From the human T2T-CHM13v2.0 reference genome, Homo sapiens, in assembly GCF_009914755.1 (NCBI RefSeq), contig NC_060939.1: a stretch of DNA of 64,000 nt. One strand, given 5' to 3'. Below are positions 62,346 through 64,000 of this stretch, one piece after another; the stretch's first letter is position 1; each line of letters begins with the position of its first letter. The notes under the pieces are model-generated. The model worked only from the letters and a program-made list of their open reading frames with translations, was not told the origin of the DNA and did not search any database. Position numbers and translations under genes: made by a program.

Positions 62346-63329
62346 AGAATATAATGAACCCTCATCTACCCACCTCTCAGCAAAATAAATAGAACATCAT
62401 TAAGTCTTTGAAGAACCTTTGAAGTCTTTCTGATTTCATTCTTTTTCTTCTCTTGCAGAAGTAAGCAATATCTTGAACTGTTTATCATTTTTTTGCATTT
62501 CAGGAATATGTATATGTGTGCAGGCAGTTTTTCAAAGTCACACACACATTTCAACACACCTTCCTTTCCATCTCAGGCTGTTCTAGTGAGGATCTTTGCC
62601 ATAATAAGCCACTGTTACCCTGGCAATGTATGGAATGCCCCAGAGTTTGAGGGTTTGAAAATTGTTAAGCTTTGGCTTCGAATCCCTTTGGAATAAGAAG
62701 TACTGAAGTCTGTTTGCAGGCTTTCTATTCTATCTTGTGGTTATGTTTATTTCTCCATTAGAGCCCACCTTGATGGTTGTGGTTTGGGGTTAGCTTTGTT
62801 TTAATATCTATCTAGTAGTGCACCGTGACCTCTCCCACACACAATGTTTAAACTACTATCACCTCTTCATTTTCCAAGAAAAACTTCGTATTCATACTAT
62901 CAAGCCTCTCAAAAAGTCATCTGAGGGTTTTGATTCAAAGTATGTTACATTTATATGTTAATTTGGAAGAGTTTTTATATTTGTGATACTGAATCTTCCT
63001 AATCAAGAACTCAGTATTTGTTAAAATTTTATTTCCCTCAGTCGAGTTCATAGCTTTCTCAGTAGGTCCTGCTTGCTCCTAGTAAGTTTGTCTGTATGTC
63101 TATATTAACTTTTAATAGTATGATTTAAAAAGTCTTCTTTTACATTTTGTTTTCTACAAAGGAAATCTATTGATTTCTCTATCATTGCTTTTGAAGCCAG
63201 TCAGAAGGTGTCCATTTGAAAATATTCAGATAGACCTACCTAGTTCATAGAACAGGTGAGTATCAAATGAGAATAAGCAAAAGCTCTTTTAAACTGCAAA
63301 GTAATATATGAATGTGACCTACCCTTGTA

Positions 63330-63715
63330 TTGTAGTTTTAAATTGGTGCCCAAGTCCTTACCCAGTTGTATTTGCCACAGCTATGCCATGCCATGCTCTG
63401 GCAATAAATTAACCTTGTAAGAAGCAGAAGTTTATTTCTTGCACCTGTAAGGCCCAGCAAGAGTGGTCAATAGTTCTTCTCCACGTGGTGACTCAAGGAT
63501 CCAGGAGACGTCCATTTTGCCCCAGGTCACTGTAACACAGAAAGAGAGGGATGGAGGACACACACTGCCTCCTACTGCTTGTCCTGGAAGTAAAACCCAT
63601 CTTTGGTGCTCACAGTCCATTGGTCAGAATTAGTCACATGACCTGGCCTCATAACAAGGGAGGCTGGGAAATCTGGAGTGCTCACAGAGAGGGTAGGTGA
63701 GTACTGCTTCCACCA
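63330..63715. mobile_element. Old MLT1 (J/K/L-like) LTR fragment
   Basis: gtttatttcttgc...gactcaaggatccagg...cacagtccattggtcagaattagtcacatgacc...aagggaggctgggaaat. Confidence 0.6.
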
Positions 63716-64000
63716 CACCAGCACAGTCATAAAGGCTGATGTGTGTGGTCTGGCACTTTCACCGAGAAGTTTCAGCCACAGAGGATGGGCCTTGCAGCTG
63801 CTGACAATGTGTGGGAAAGTGTGCTGAACCCAAACAAGCTCTTGGGTTCATGGCCGATTTCCTGGATTTCTCATTCACACCTTTTGTTCTTTCTGACTGG
63901 GCTTCTCTGTGTAAACATCCTCACTCACTCAATTCTTTGGCTTAGTCGTCACTTCTAATTCCTCATGGGGCCCTGGGTGACTTCTGAGGGAGCATCTTAC

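Overview
Primate (human-like) genomic DNA, not a microbial region. Bases 1-8907 are the last intron of a + strand gene. Its terminal coding exon (8908-9047) encodes a SOCS box that I recognise as the C-terminus of ASB7, followed by a ~3.3 kb 3'UTR (no interspersed repeat recognised) with tandem poly(A) signals, ending near 12380. The intron carries a near full-length, disabled, antisense processed pseudogene of WDR12 (5764-7402) that landed inside a hAT-Charlie DNA-transposon fossil and split it. The remaining ~51 kb looks intergenic: about 22 Alus window-wide, a full-length but disabled ~6.1 kb L1PA on the minus strand (34088-40200), a solo LTR8-type LTR with a perfect 4-bp TSD, MLT1 LTRs, MER5/MER20/MER47/MER103-like fossils, old L1M/L2/MIR fragments and several small tandem duplications. 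Most ORFs in the supplied track are repeat-derived or chance ORFs. I found no convincing new multi-gene system. The best leads are: (i) a candidate 36-nt in-frame cryptic ASB7 exon in the antisense 5'UTR of the WDR12 retrocopy; (ii) the antisense-WDR12 content of ASB7 pre-mRNA; (iii) a frameshift-extended 100-codon L1 ORF0-like frame; (iv) an Alu abutting the L1 5' end. Repeat subfamily names are recalled from consensus sequences and need RepeatMasker/Dfam confirmation.
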